Assembly: GCA_048013815.1 (NCBI GenBank)
Contig: CM106585.1
Location: 21,948,001 to 22,012,000, forward strand
Direction of reading: 5' to 3'
From: Setoptus koraiensis
Taxonomy: Eukaryota > Animalia > Arthropoda
Length of the DNA stretch: 64,000 bases
Part shown: piece after piece, positions 49,501 to 61,981 of the stretch
Position numbering within the stretch: the first letter of the stretch is position 1
How the letters are laid out: the number at the start of each line of letters is the position of its first letter
Position numbers and translations under genes: made by a program
The notes under the pieces: model-generated
Databases searched by the model: none
What the model was told of the DNA's origin: nothing
Seen by the model: only the letters and a program-made list of their open reading frames with translations

Positions 49501-52500
49501 TGGATGCCTATCTCACCTTTCTCGGTTCATATCAACATCAAATAACGTTAATGGAGAAGAGTGCATGTTACATACTCAGCTCACCTGTCGATGTACCCAA
49601 CATGCAAGCTCGGATGACATTAGCAAGTAACCTGAGCAGTAGCGGCCTGCAATAGAGTCAAGACTATTCTGGTTCAACCAACAACCAGCAACCAGCAAAC
49701 AGGATATAGATTGGCCCCCGCTGGTTGTACTGTCACTGAAAAGGTCACTATGCACTATTATAAATTTGCTTCATCTCCAATATCATGGGCAGTCATAGAG
49801 CGATGGGTGCCGAGATGTACAAGCATGTCAAGTGGGTTTTGTTTGCTCGCTTGGCTCATCGGCAACTGTTTGCTTGGCACTTTTGCTCTTGGGCCATTAT
49901 CAAATTGAATTTATCTAGATAAATTTGTCATTCGAGGCTTCACATATCTACTTTACACTCAATTTAGATGAAGCTAAATATATGGCCAGCCTACTAGATG
50001 GCTAAATGCCAAAAACTAGTATCCGGCTCACTTTTAATCTGTCCACCGGTGTATGGTGTCAATGCTAGCCACCCACAAGCGCTAAAAATGGCAATCTAGT
50101 GTCTATACCTAGGTAAGACTAGCCAGCTTGGCAGTGGCTACTCATTTTTCACTCATTTATCTCTTGGCTACATTGTCGTTTTTGTGACAGCCTGATTTGT
50201 AGAGATGCATCTCGAAATATTCACTGTATATGCTTTGGTGATCTACGGCATCGACTCTGTTGTATAGAGTTGCGTTGATTGACCTAATTGAGTTGCCACG
50301 ATCTAGTTTTTAGCTGCAGTTGACACTTGCTGCATTTGTTACAGATAATCAATTGAACAGTCATGGCAAGTAGAACCATAACAGAGATTACATCACGACG
50401 CGTGATCAATATATAGGATATACGACCATAGAAGCTCGCGCCAGATCGCAAATTTAGTTGCTTTGCCGGCTCGGTAGTTATATTTACCGATTTAGTTACG
50501 TTTCTCATTACATCTTTACATTGTGATCAATGATCAACATTACTATTGCTCCTGTACGTGCTTCAATGCGCGTGGGAGGATTGGGTTGGTCGTATGCTGA
50601 ATTGATGCTGCAAATGAGTAGGCTATTGCCAACGTTGTTGTTGCGGTGGTTGTCGCACGAACAGTGTCCAATGTGATTCTGTTGACTATGCAATTTGTGA
50701 TACAGTTGCTCTATATCCGTTGGATAAAATATCGCATACCGCATACCACATACATGGCCAAATATATATTGTTTTCGCGTGGTTATTGTTTTTTTACCGT
50801 CTCATAATCGCAGCAATCTTCTCTTTCAGTTGCCAATATCATCAATCTATCACGTCCGCTACCCTTTAGCGCACGTTGTTGTTTTAGAGAGCGGCCGAGA
50901 ATGAGGAAAAAAAAGGCGAAAAGAATAACTAAACAACAGCGACAGTGCAAAATGAAACGATTCGTTGGGTATTTATTATATTTGTTCTTTTTTGTTTATA
51001 TCTGTTTAGCTCTGTTTGTAGCAGTTTGTTTGTCGCAGTATTTGTACTAATCTTTTCTAACTAAAGTAACATTATGTGATGAAAATGCAACGCATTCTTA
51101 AAGCTTTTTCTTTGCCTCAAACTTCTGTCAGCCAAGCATGTTCATCAGCGTGCGATATTGTTGCTGTCGTTCGATATGTCAAATTGCCATTTCCAATCTA
51201 TTTGTGCTCTGTCTAATATCCTGCCTCGGGTCCCTTGTTGTCGGATCTACTTGGGCTCACCTCAGCATCGGCGTTGTTTGCATTGCGAGAGGCCCAAAAT
51301 TTGTTCAAATCGGATCACCTGGAGACCCGTGAGAGACCCTTATGAACCGTTGGCTGGTTTATGAAGTCGCTGCTTAGACTGACACCCGAAGACTGAATGG
51401 GAGACAGGGGGAGAGACACCTAAAAAGAGACAAGTCGTTCTCGCTGGCAATGTGAACTATTGATGTGACTCTATTTATCTATCTTCAATATTATTATTAT
51501 TACATATGTAATGTTATATAATGTTATGTATTGGTGGTAATCATATTGTTCATATTGTTTGCCTGACGCAATGCCACAGTGAGTCTCTTTCTTTCTCTCT
51601 CTCCCCCTCCCTATTTCTTAATATAACAAAAGTAACAGTGGTGGGCATATCTCCCTTGCAACAGATATAGTTGTGGTGGTAAACAGTGACAGACAGTGCA
51701 GAGGTGCAATATATATATATAGTGGTTGCTTTGTTGGTAATTGTGGTGTATAGTTGTGGTTGTTGTCGTCGTCGTCGTACCCTATAGTCGTAACTAACTG
51801 TAGCCACCATGGAAACTATAGACTCGATAACTCGCCAGACCCCTTTGTCGAGCTAGACCCAATCGAAGTGCTACTGCTGGCTTTGTATCGTCCAAGACTC
51901 TGGCAGCGTCTCGCTGTATTTCTTATCTCGATCCTCTGATTTGGCATCATCTCAACACACTGTAACACGCCATTGAGATTTATGCATATGTATATATATT
52001 CTATCTGCTTAATTTTATCTGTACCCTGTCTCATTTGCCTCAATCTCGCTCGCCTCGCCATCATGTGATAAGCTCAATCCGGCTTCTCTCCCTCTCTTTA
52101 TTTTTATCCCTTTAATTTTTTTTTTCTACTTCTTCGTACTATTGCCTGATTTGCACAATATCTCATCATGATTATTGCTTATTACATGTGCCCCGATTCA
52201 TGTGGCTATTCATGTGTGTATTTATTATATTTTCTACGTATTGATATAAGTTGTATAAGTGGGTAACTAATCGTATCTTAGGAATTGTTCGATGGTATTG
52301 TCAGGTTTGGACAATTGTGTCTCAAAGCAGGCAAGAGGCATTCGTTGTTGCTGCTGTTGTTGTTATCGGTGGTGCTGTTGCTGTCGTTGTTGCTGTCGTT
52401 GTTGCTGTCGTTGTTGCTGTTGTTGTTGTTGTGTGTTTGTGTTGGGGGTTGTATCATTAATATACTTCTGTGTTGATCTATTGCTGAATATTGCTTGTTC

Positions 52501-52750
52501 AATGCCATTTATTATATCATATACATTATATGTTATGTAAGGTCTACTTGGGCGACGCAAAGCAAGCGCATATTGCTTTACATTGTTAGCAGCGTTAAAT
52601 TATTAACATTCGTCTCACTGGTTCTTTCTCCTCTTGTTCATTTATTCAATTTTTTCTTGCATCATCTCACCTCATCTCACCCGCTCTCTCCTTCACTCTG
52701 CCTACTTTAATTTACTTGCTGTCATCATAATGCACGCTGCCAGTCATAGC

Positions 52751-53823
52751 TCATTTACCTGGGCCGCCGGCAAAACTTGCCGCCGACAAACCCATTAGAT
52801 GTTTGCCCGCTTGTGAACCAGAAAAGCCCCGATTGATGCCCAAATCGAGACCGCGCTTCTGAGCCCTAAGGATACAAACAACAGCAATTGATCCATTTGT
52901 GTGAGATTGTTGCGCATATTGTTGTCGAGACGGTTCGATCGTTAAATCGTTGTATCGTTGGTGAGTTACAAGTCGAGAATTGTGATTTCGGATTGGGAAT
53001 CGGATAATATCAAAATGAATAATAGCAACAACATTATTATAATGAGGAAAAGTGCAAAATTTCCACATGAATCGATTATGGTTACTTGAATAAAAGCAGC
53101 GCGTTGACAGTGGCTACTAATTGGTTGAATCAAACGAATTGTGCCATTTTATGACAAAACCAAGTGAACAATTTTTGTTGACTGGGCCCACTTCATTGTC
53201 GTCCCAGTCAGATATGCACTACCTGTCCGATGCACGTGTGGACAGCACACATTTTACTGTAGATACATTGAGATGGATATACTTACATGAGGCCAACATC
53301 TTGGGGCGTCACTGACGTGTAAACGATACTCTTGATTAGTGATTCAAGTAGACGTACAGTTTCAGCGGGGTTCTCGATCACCACCAAAGCGGCTGATTGC
53401 TGTCTACTAACGGGGCTGTGACAATCATACAATTATGATGATTTTGATTTGATTGCGTTATTGCGTCATTTCATTATTGAATAAGATAGTTGAGGTAGAT
53501 GTTTAAATTATGTGCGTTAATTGTTGTTTCGTCTCGTTTTACAGTAATCAGTCGATAAATCTCTGAATAACAGTATAAATATTCATGAATATTTATAAAT
53601 ATTTATAAATATCCGTGCATATCTAATAGGATGTTGAGAGATAACGGACTAGAGATAATGTTTGTACAACGGAGATAATTTGTAAATTGTTTGCGTGATA
53701 TTGACATGGATGACGCGATGCGTTAACTCACCTGTCTTCGACCATGTTGGCCTCTGTGGCAACCACTGACAGTGAGAGCGACCAAAGGAATATTGTCACT
53801 AGGGCCAGGTAGTTGAACAGCAT
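52751..53823 (-). CDS. Dh31: Diuretic hormone 31 (calcitonin-like neuropeptide) precursor, 3 coding exons, 111 aa
   Basis: Exons 53823-53732 (signal peptide [25 protein letters not shown]), 53415-53287 and 52865-52751. Donors are GTGAGT and GTAAGT, acceptors CACAG and CTTAG, and both junctions are phase 2. The product contains [35 protein letters not shown]-stop; 25 of 31 residues match the cockroach DH31 sequence as I recall it. Confidence 0.95.
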
Positions 53824-54460
53824 CTTTTTGGCTGACTGATTTGATGTGACTTTCGCTGACGACATTTTGTTTGTTGGTGTATCTGTGATTGTTTTGTTTG
53901 TCCTTGAATCGGTGGTTGTTTTGTTTGTTGTTAAATCGGTGGTTGCTTCGTTTGTTGCTGTATGTGTGATTGTTTTGTTGCGGTGATGCCAATGTTGCCT
54001 CTGTTACAATTGTTACGACTGTTACTGTTACTGTTGCAGTTGAACAAGTTTAAACTATTTATTGTTGATGTTCAATCGTCGGTTGCTGTTCTGTTAATGA
54101 GCTCGATTCGAATCGATGCGGTCGTTTATCTAGTGTGCGTGCGTGTGTGTGTGTGTGTGTTGCACTTGTTACTATTACCGTTACTGTTACTTGTTACTTA
54201 TGACCGTCACTGTTCAGTGTTGTTGTTGTTGTTGTTGTTGCCGCTGTCACTGACCATTGAGCTATGACCCAACGAAACTGCAAAATGAAACCAACTAACT
54301 AATTTATCTCTAGCGACACTGCGATGTGTGTGCGTGTGCGTGTGACACAAACAACAAAACAACAAACGCAGAATGACGCAACTAGCAATACTCTGGAATA
54401 GTTATTCTCTGCAGAGCCACTACTTGTGGTGTCACAATACAAAATTGTGTGGGTGTCAGT

Positions 54461-54478
54461 GTGAGTGTGCGTGTGCGT

Positions 54479-54530
<52 letters not shown>

Positions 54531-54603
54531 GCAATAAGTAATAAGTAATAATAACAATAACAGTAATAATAATAATAATAGTAATAATGATAATAATAAT
54601 AAT
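54461..54603. repeat. Compound microsatellite (GTGC)n/(GT)n followed by (TAA)n
   Basis: Seen directly. Confidence 0.9.
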
Positions 54604-54951
54604 ACCTCCTTAGTTGTTGTCTAGAGTCTAGTGGCGAGTGCGATGATATTCTCATGCACGCAGTCATGCAATCCAGTTTGAAGCGCCGTTTGTTGCGTCA
54701 AAACTGTTCTCGGTTAGCTTGCCTAACTGCTGCCTACCACCGCAACCACTACGTGCTTAATAAGGGGCCCCGCTATATCGCTATATCACTATATCACTAT
54801 ATCACGGGATTACTAGCGCTAACTTCTTATTACTGCCACTACTCTGCGTATTGCCTCTTCTTAATTCTATTAACACCAACCACTGCTTTTATTATAATAT
54901 ATTGCTCCCCGACCCGCCACTAAAACTCTCTGGCTTAACTCACCTAAACTT

Positions 54952-55077
54952 CATCATCATCATCGTCATCATCATCGTCATCATCATCGTCATCATCATC
55001 ATCGTCATCATCATCATCATCATCATCGTCATCATCATCATCATCATCGTCGTCGTCGTCGTCGTCATCGTCGTCGT
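54952..55077. repeat. (CAT/CGT)n trinucleotide microsatellite
   Basis: About 40 triplets seen directly. Confidence 0.9.
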
Positions 55078-56568
55078 TGCGACCATCTACATGGGCCCAA
55101 GTTTATAAGGGCTGCCAACGGGCCCCATAAAACGGGTTACATGATTCAACAATTTGTGGCAAAGTTATAACTATGACGTAATATAGTGCGTGTTGGTCGG
55201 CTAGGGGTGCATTTAATTTTGCGCAACCACGTACCACAAGTATTACGTAAGTGACTAGTTGGCAGTCATGCGCGTTTTAAAGTACCATCAGCGCCAAATG
55301 AATACCACCAAACTATAGTGCAGTGACTATAGTTTGGTGACTTTAGTTTGGTGCGATATCCAGCTAGAAACTTGTGACAAAAGAGAATGGCCCAAAGTGA
55401 ATTGCTTCACACACAAGCTTGCATATACGGCCAATCATTTACAGTGTGTGTCATGATATTGTACACTGTACTTTATTATTTCGTTCTGGTGGCTTATGGT
55501 GGCTGATGTTTTGTAAATGTTGCACCGTTGTTGTCATCACTACATTAGTGTGCGATACAGCGGTAGTGATTATCGTCACTGTCTAACAATGATGTTATGA
55601 TATCCATCAAAGTTGAAGTTGCAACGCACAACTCAATGATCAATCTCTATCAGATTCTTTGCGATTCTTTCCCAACGAAACAACCGACCAAACAACCGAC
55701 CAAACAGCCGACCAAACAGCCGAACAACCAAACAACCAAAACTCGACCAAAATAAAATGATGAAATAAACTGCGTCTCACTGTCTTTGCTGGCCGTCATC
55801 TCGATTGCGACTCGTCTCTGCTTCTGGCCTCTTCTGGCTAATAAACGAGAGTACATTCTGACAAGTACACCCTCGCCATACCTCGCCAGACTGTGGTGCT
55901 GAATGTCGCATTGCGCAATGCAACAGCGACCACAAAAACTTGCTTGATTGATTAAACTATCAACTTGGCAACAACAAATGACTCTGGCTTGACAACAAAC
56001 GGCAGCCACTTAATCTGGTGATCTATTATCATATTATTGTTATTGCATTCATCTGTTTACCATGATGGACACACTATTATTCATACACCTAATGTTGCCT
56101 TTCTCCTCTGGCCCGCATCCAGTTCGCAACGTTTTATTTCGTACGACCAAAGCCAGCCTTTCCCCCTAAATACGGGCAGCGTTTTGTGTGGATATGGCCG
56201 GCGTTTCCCATGGATATGGCCGGCGCTTCGTATGGATATGGCCGGAGGAAAAACTAAAAGCTACCCCCTGGCTGTGACGGAAATCCGGCCAGCGAGCGGC
56301 ATTGACAATGAACTAATGGGTGCACCGCTGCTAAATTGGCCCATCACCTGCCACTGGCTGGCCCGCTCATCTATGGCCATCTATTATGCAATCTCGGCAA
56401 GGCAGAGAATTCTGAGAATAAACTGGCAAACGGTCAAACTCATCAGTAGTCAGACACACTCGTTGGCATAAACGAAAACACAAAGCAAACTCATCACGAC
56501 GCCGAGCTCGTGCTGGCAAACTTAAAATTTAACGCGACCTTATAGACAATGCACCTGAGTGTGGCCGC

Positions 56569-56630
56569 TTTCGCTAGCTTGTGTTTCGCTAGCTTGTGTT
56601 TCGCTAGCTTGTGTTTCGCTAGCTTGTGTT
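56569..56630. repeat. 15-bp tandem repeat (TTTCGCTAGCTTGTG), 4 copies
   Basis: Tandem copies seen directly. Confidence 0.9.
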
Positions 56631-59600
56631 TGGTGCGATCGTATGATAGATTCGCGACGAGATGAGATATAACGAGTTTATACTTTGTTTGCAGTCATTT
56701 GCAATTTGCAACAGCTCACCTGTGTGTATGTGTATATGATTAGTTTGCAACTAGTGCAACTAATGTGCCACTAATACCAATAATACTGTACCGGTATGCA
56801 TGCAGTATTTTGCAATTTGCCTCAGATTCATTCATGAATCATGATACCGGTATCATGATGTGTGATTTGTGTGTACGCATATAGATACATGGCATGTTTT
56901 AATATATTAATGCGAGCCATAAGCCGCTTCGAAGCCGCATGTCCGTGTCACTCCATTGGAGCGCAACCACCCATACTCGGGCGCATGAAAACATTCAAGG
57001 TAACTCGCCACTGCTCGCCAATCAGACAATTACCAGTGCAACCACCAAAGCCAATATTCATCTTAAGTGCCCAGAGTGCCCCGAGTGCTCCAAGTGGCCC
57101 AATTGCTCCGAGTAACTTCCCGTAACGTGCCGTAACGTGCCGTAACGTGCCGCAACGTGCGGTGACGTGCGGGTCTTGCTGATCTAGTCCAGCCCGACGC
57201 AGTGCCGAAAGGGTACAAAAACAATATCGAGAGAGCCCAGATTGCCGGCGCCACTTGATACCCCGGACTAGGGGCCTCGCTCCAGAGCCACCAAGCTACT
57301 AACCTAAACCAAAGTAGAGCCTCTACTTTTGCCATATGTGTGGTATCACATTTAATGCGCTGCACTGTTTGTGTCCGGGTCATGATCTATAGTCTGCCAA
57401 CATCTGTCGTGCTGGCCCCATCTTGAAATGTCGACAATCACACCGAATGTTGTTGCGGTATAGAATATACCGCTAACGACCAAAATAGGACCAGTTTGCA
57501 CGGCGTAACAGCTCCCCAAATGACCCACTATAACGGTCAGCAAGCTCATTCGGTCGTCCACACAAACACAAAACTATCTCGTGTTTTGCCTGATCTTATG
57601 CAGATCTTGTTTTCGACGGCTCGTTACACTCTACAGAGCTCACTGGGTATAGCACTCAGCAGCGTAATCAGCTCACATAGATCACAAGTTCAGACAAATG
57701 GCTCATGGACCTCACAAGAGAGTTATACCAGAAACATAAAGGGATATACAAGACATTCATACCAACACACATGATAGAGGAAGCAGTTTGTTAAATAGAC
57801 GAGAGGGCGAGACACAACGTAATTGGAAAGGGGAGTTAATTCAATTTGGGTTTATTACTTCTCCAAGTGAGGTCTTTCAAGTGCATAACTGACCGACTTC
57901 CCTCAACAAAAGCCCAACAAAACCCTTAAAGGGACCCTCTGTTCTCTCTCACTCTGCTTACTCCTGGAAACAGTCTGACATTTGTTAGTTGGTGCCCAAA
58001 CCTTTTGTTTGGATCTGAGCATCTTGTCATTTATTCTTTACTCCTATTTCTCTCTGTCTCACTCACTTTAGATTCAGCTCAACCAACTAACAGACGCCGG
58101 CCAGGTATATGATAGAGGAATTATGATTTAATAATTGTAACGCATCACAGAACTACAACAACAACAGTATAGACGGAACAAGCGTGACTCGAGTTAATTC
58201 GAGTTTTGCACTACGAAAGAGGAATGGCCCGATGAATAGTGTTATTAAGTCACGTCTCTTTGTCTAATTCGAGGAAAACATTCTGCTTCCTTGCCCCTGT
58301 TATCGGGTCGACAAGCGGAAATGATGCTACCTCACCAATTGCTACATTACAATATCTTATTTATGTGTGCTATCCTAAGCTTGACGCGTGCTCCCTAATG
58401 TGAGGCTGGTCTGATGGCGTAGTAAATGGCGTAAATTATAGCCTATTTAAGAAAATGCATAGAGAAGCATATCCACTCTGATTTCACAGATATGTGGGCC
58501 TCTGTCGTTAAATTAAGTTGAATCCTTCTGATTGACATGTTGCTCCACCAGAAAGTCGTTATTCAAATATTGAAGCATGTCTCACTCGAATACCTGACCC
58601 ATCCGACTGCACATTGACTCAGACTTCTGACCCATGTATCACCTAGGCTCACTCCGATTTGTTTCAGTGGGTGTACATTGTCAGATAGACAAAATCATGT
58701 TGCCCATCTGTGAATTGTTTTCTGTTTCAAGCTCACCAAGATATGCCAGAAATCTGGCAATCCGATGCTGTGCAATTGATTTTCGATAGCTTTAGCCTCG
58801 CTTCGGCGTAACAATCTTAGAGCACCGGCTCGAATTTTGATTCACAGCTAGTGCTCAGAGTTTTCCCAAAAAACATAGTAAACATTTACACGTACAGTGA
58901 TTTTTGTCTCTCGCAATCTTCGCCATCGATGCGGTCCAGCATAAAGACGCCAATACAAACAGAATATTTCAACTTTCACAACATGCCGAATATTATTATC
59001 ATGGTTAACCATGATTAGTTGTCATATTTACTGATAGGACTCTAGTATCTCGGCGACGATAATAATTTCCACCATGGCCAGATGAAACGCTTTTGTTGTC
59101 TGAGTGATCAGCAGTTGATGGATATTCTTTCGAAACCATGTAGCCCATTTGCTTTTGCATTTGCCGTCCGCTCAACGAGTTATGTCAGATATCTTGCTTA
59201 AATGCTAACTCAATGACTGCATGCGATTAAAACTCAGCAGTTATGTGACTAATATTTAATTATCCAATCAATGGCTGTCTCGCATACAACGGAAAACGAT
59301 TATCAATTATTGGCTATCGAGTCAAATATTTATTAGATGGCAGGTGAACAAATTCAGCATAGTCCGGCCAAAGTGGTCGCAGCTTACTGAGAAACTTCAC
59401 GTTATGAGTTCCGTACGTCGGTAACCTATTGATACGGTGCTTGGGCAGGATGTAGCAATTTTCTGGCAATCAAGCCAATAAACCTAAGACAACAAGATGT
59501 TTGCTGTCGATTTGTTCATAAATGAGCCTCAGCAAATCATTGTTATGGCTGATAATGAGACATTGGTTAATGATTGCAGTGAATTTCATAAAGTATTTAA

Positions 59601-59847
59601 AGGCTTTCAAGTCATAGACAAGTAGTCACTCGTTTTAGTCAGTCATCTCTGTCGGATCAGACAATCAACCATTCAAACAATTCATAAACAATCAATCCAA
59701 AGAACCAGAATCAACCAGCAGTTCCTAGTCGGCACTTGAACTAGAAAACTCCGTTCACTAATCAATCAATCAAGATCAAACTATCTTTGTATATCTCCGG
59801 ACGCTTGCTTCGACTTTGAGAAGGAACATCAGCATATCAAGATCACA

Positions 59848-61113
59848 ATGGCAACGACCGAATCTGCACGTTGTATCGGGCGACTTGGTTTCCTAGATCT
59901 CGACCAGTTTAAATACGAATCACCTGGAGTATTTTCGCCATTGTCCAACACACTCTCAATTTTTGTCTTGGATGCACTCCACAAAATAAAATTCAACAAC
60001 TGGTTTTCTGTTGCTGACAATGAAACAATTTACCGAGGGATCAAAGACATCTACCGGATGCTGTCATGCGGAGAGCCCGGTCGCGACACTGTTTTCAAAA
60101 GTTTCATCAAATTCCTTGAACCATCGGATGAATTCGAAAATGCGCTCGAACAATATCCAAAATTAAAATTAACAGGCCCCACGAGAGCTGCATCGGGACC
60201 GTCACATCCACTGAAATCAGGAGAAGAGTGTAATGCCGAAGCATGTGAACGATCACGGAAGAATGGTCTCACCAGCGGTCTAGATTGTTGGTGTAACGAA
60301 TCAAACAGGCACGCGATGAGAAACCTCATACAAACATTAATAGCCGATGGATGCGGGAGTATGGATTTTCTCTATAAGGCTTTTTTCGCATTAAACGCAT
60401 CCTGGCCTGAGCCAGCTTTCGAAAACGTGAAAGCTGAATTTCATTCAGAATATAGGTGTGGAACTGAAGACTTTTTGCACGCATCTGCGATCAGTGCACG
60501 GCTTACCGATTTTCATTTGGGTCAAGAACAATTTCCTATCCAGGTGTTGGAACTGCCATTAAAGGTTGACTCAGAGGACCAAAAGATGAGCTTGGTTATT
60601 TTGTTGCCCAGCGATCTTAAGAACCTCATAGACATTATGACAGGCCATTTTGAATACTTGGAACAAATTTATTTACAGCTTGACACGATCAACTTTCAGC
60701 CAACGGAAGTCGAAATCCCTCAATTCATGTGTTACACTCGTCGGGTGGTCCCGAACACTGAGGATTCTATTGGAAAACTTGGCAGACTCTCGGCGAGAAT
60801 TTTATCCGGACAACAAATTGACAATGACAAATCGGAAGTCTCTGCCTTCTTTGGCATCAGTGCGGATTCATTAATAGCTAGTGCTGCCGATGTGTTATTT
60901 GGCGGTCCAACATCAGAAAGCTGGCCCAAACATCAGGCTGGTGCGAGTCTCCATGCGGAACGCAAACAAAACTTTAAGATCGATGCTGTCACCAGAAAAT
61001 GTAACTCCTTTATAGCGGATCGTCCGTTCTTTTTTGTCGTTCGACACTTAAAAACCAACTGCCCAGTATTGATGGGTCAATACAATGGCCAAAAGTGTCA
61101 AGAACCACTATAA
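59848..61113 (+). CDS. Divergent intracellular serpin-fold protein, 421 aa, intronless
   Basis: Serpin motifs VFSPLS, QVLELP...MSLVILLP, EIPQF and the C-terminal signature FIADRPFFFVVRH...PVLMGQ. No signal peptide and no clear hinge motif. AATAAA near 61207. Confidence 0.75.
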   Translation: MATTESARCIGRLGFLDLDQFKYESPGVFSPLSNTLSIFVLDALHKIKFNNWFSVADNETIYRGIKDIYRMLSCGEPGRDTVFKSFIKFLEPSDEFENALEQYPKLKLTGPTRAASGPSHPLKSGEECNAEACERSRKNGLTSGLDCWCNESNRHAMRNLIQTLIADGCGSMDFLYKAFFALNASWPEPAFENVKAEFHSEYRCGTEDFLHASAISARLTDFHLGQEQFPIQVLELPLKVDSEDQKMSLVILLPSDLKNLIDIMTGHFEYLEQIYLQLDTINFQPTEVEIPQFMCYTRRVVPNTEDSIGKLGRLSARILSGQQIDNDKSEVSAFFGISADSLIASAADVLFGGPTSESWPKHQAGASLHAERKQNFKIDAVTRKCNSFIADRPFFFVVRHLKTNCPVLMGQYNGQKCQEPL

Positions 61114-61444
61114 TTCTGAATGATAGTGTGGGTGGAGGGACATGATATTTTTCTGTTTTGTGTAGTTGTGACAGCTGTTGCAGCAATCAATATCATTTAA
61201 TACACATAAATAAACAATTGGAACGCGAATTAAGATATTATAAGTTTGATCTCTCTACATTAACTCCCTTGAACAAATAATTTCAAACTTGCCAGTTTCT
61301 TTCTGAGCGTCTCAACTGAGAGACGACAAATGCTTCCTATGAAAACATCAACCTCATCTCAATGATCATCTCAATAAATGAGCAATTCTATCGACTGTAC
61401 AGACAGATGGATGCTGGATTCATAACGATTGCTAGAAGTAGATA

Positions 61445-61981
61445 TTATGACAGATTAGCCCCACTCAAAAGTTTGAATCGGAAGACCTTCCACCATAGAA
61501 TATACACAGAACCTATTATCTTACGAGAATGAACTTCGTATCTCGACTTGTCCTCTTTCGACATTTCGACATATCTTTCACGACCCTCGGCAGGCACCTG
61601 ACGCCACAACGCAATGGCATCCATCAATGTGATACCATATTTTTTGGTTTGTTCAATGATAAAAAAATTTAGGGCGCGTCTGGGCTTCTTAGGAACCTTC
61701 AATTCGTGAAGTTGCTTCCTTAAAGTTTTGTTAAATTGCCTGCATTCGTTTCTGGCTAAATTGATTTTATTCACTTGAGAATCCATGGAAACAACTTCCT
61801 TGAAATCTTTCATTATTTCGTGATAAACCTCTAGAGATTTCTCATATCGCCTCACATATGACGCTTTGGTATCGTGGTCCATTTGCCTCCATTCTAATGA
61901 GAGGGTTTTCGAATTGAGTCCTCTATGGCTTGGATTATCCTTGGTTTTGTCTAGCCTTTCTTGAGTCGTCGAAATCCTCAT
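61445..61981 (-). CDS. TFAM: TFAM-like tandem HMG-box protein (partial model)
   Basis: Box A-like KDNPS...WRQM...K..Y...EVY...FKE, a basic linker, and box B LHELKVPKKPRRALNFF...WRQV...YVEMSKEDKSRYE, matching the TFAM pattern. The frame is open about 24 codons further 5' to an acceptor-like tract near 62050-62095. There is a possible GTAAGA donor near the ORF end, so both termini are uncertain. Confidence 0.65.
   Translation of the reverse strand: MRISTTQERLDKTKDNPSHRGLNSKTLSLEWRQMDHDTKASYVRRYEKSLEVYHEIMKDFKEVVSMDSQVNKINLARNECRQFNKTLRKQLHELKVPKKPRRALNFFIIEQTKKYGITLMDAIALWRQVPAEGRERYVEMSKEDKSRYEVHSRKIIGSVYILWWKVFRFKLLSGANLS

Noticed and set aside
51138-51939. Possible plus-strand two-exon small hydrophobic protein, and a GCCACCATGG-started 15-aa ORF at 51809-51856
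   Set aside because: Phase compatibility and a perfect Kozak 10-mer can arise by chance. No known motif, and the region may simply be DH31 3' flank.
57771-58120. 12-bp direct repeat ATGATAGAGGAA as a target-site duplication
   Set aside because: About one such pair is expected by chance in 64 kb. No terminal inverted repeats, poly(A) tail or transposase between the copies.
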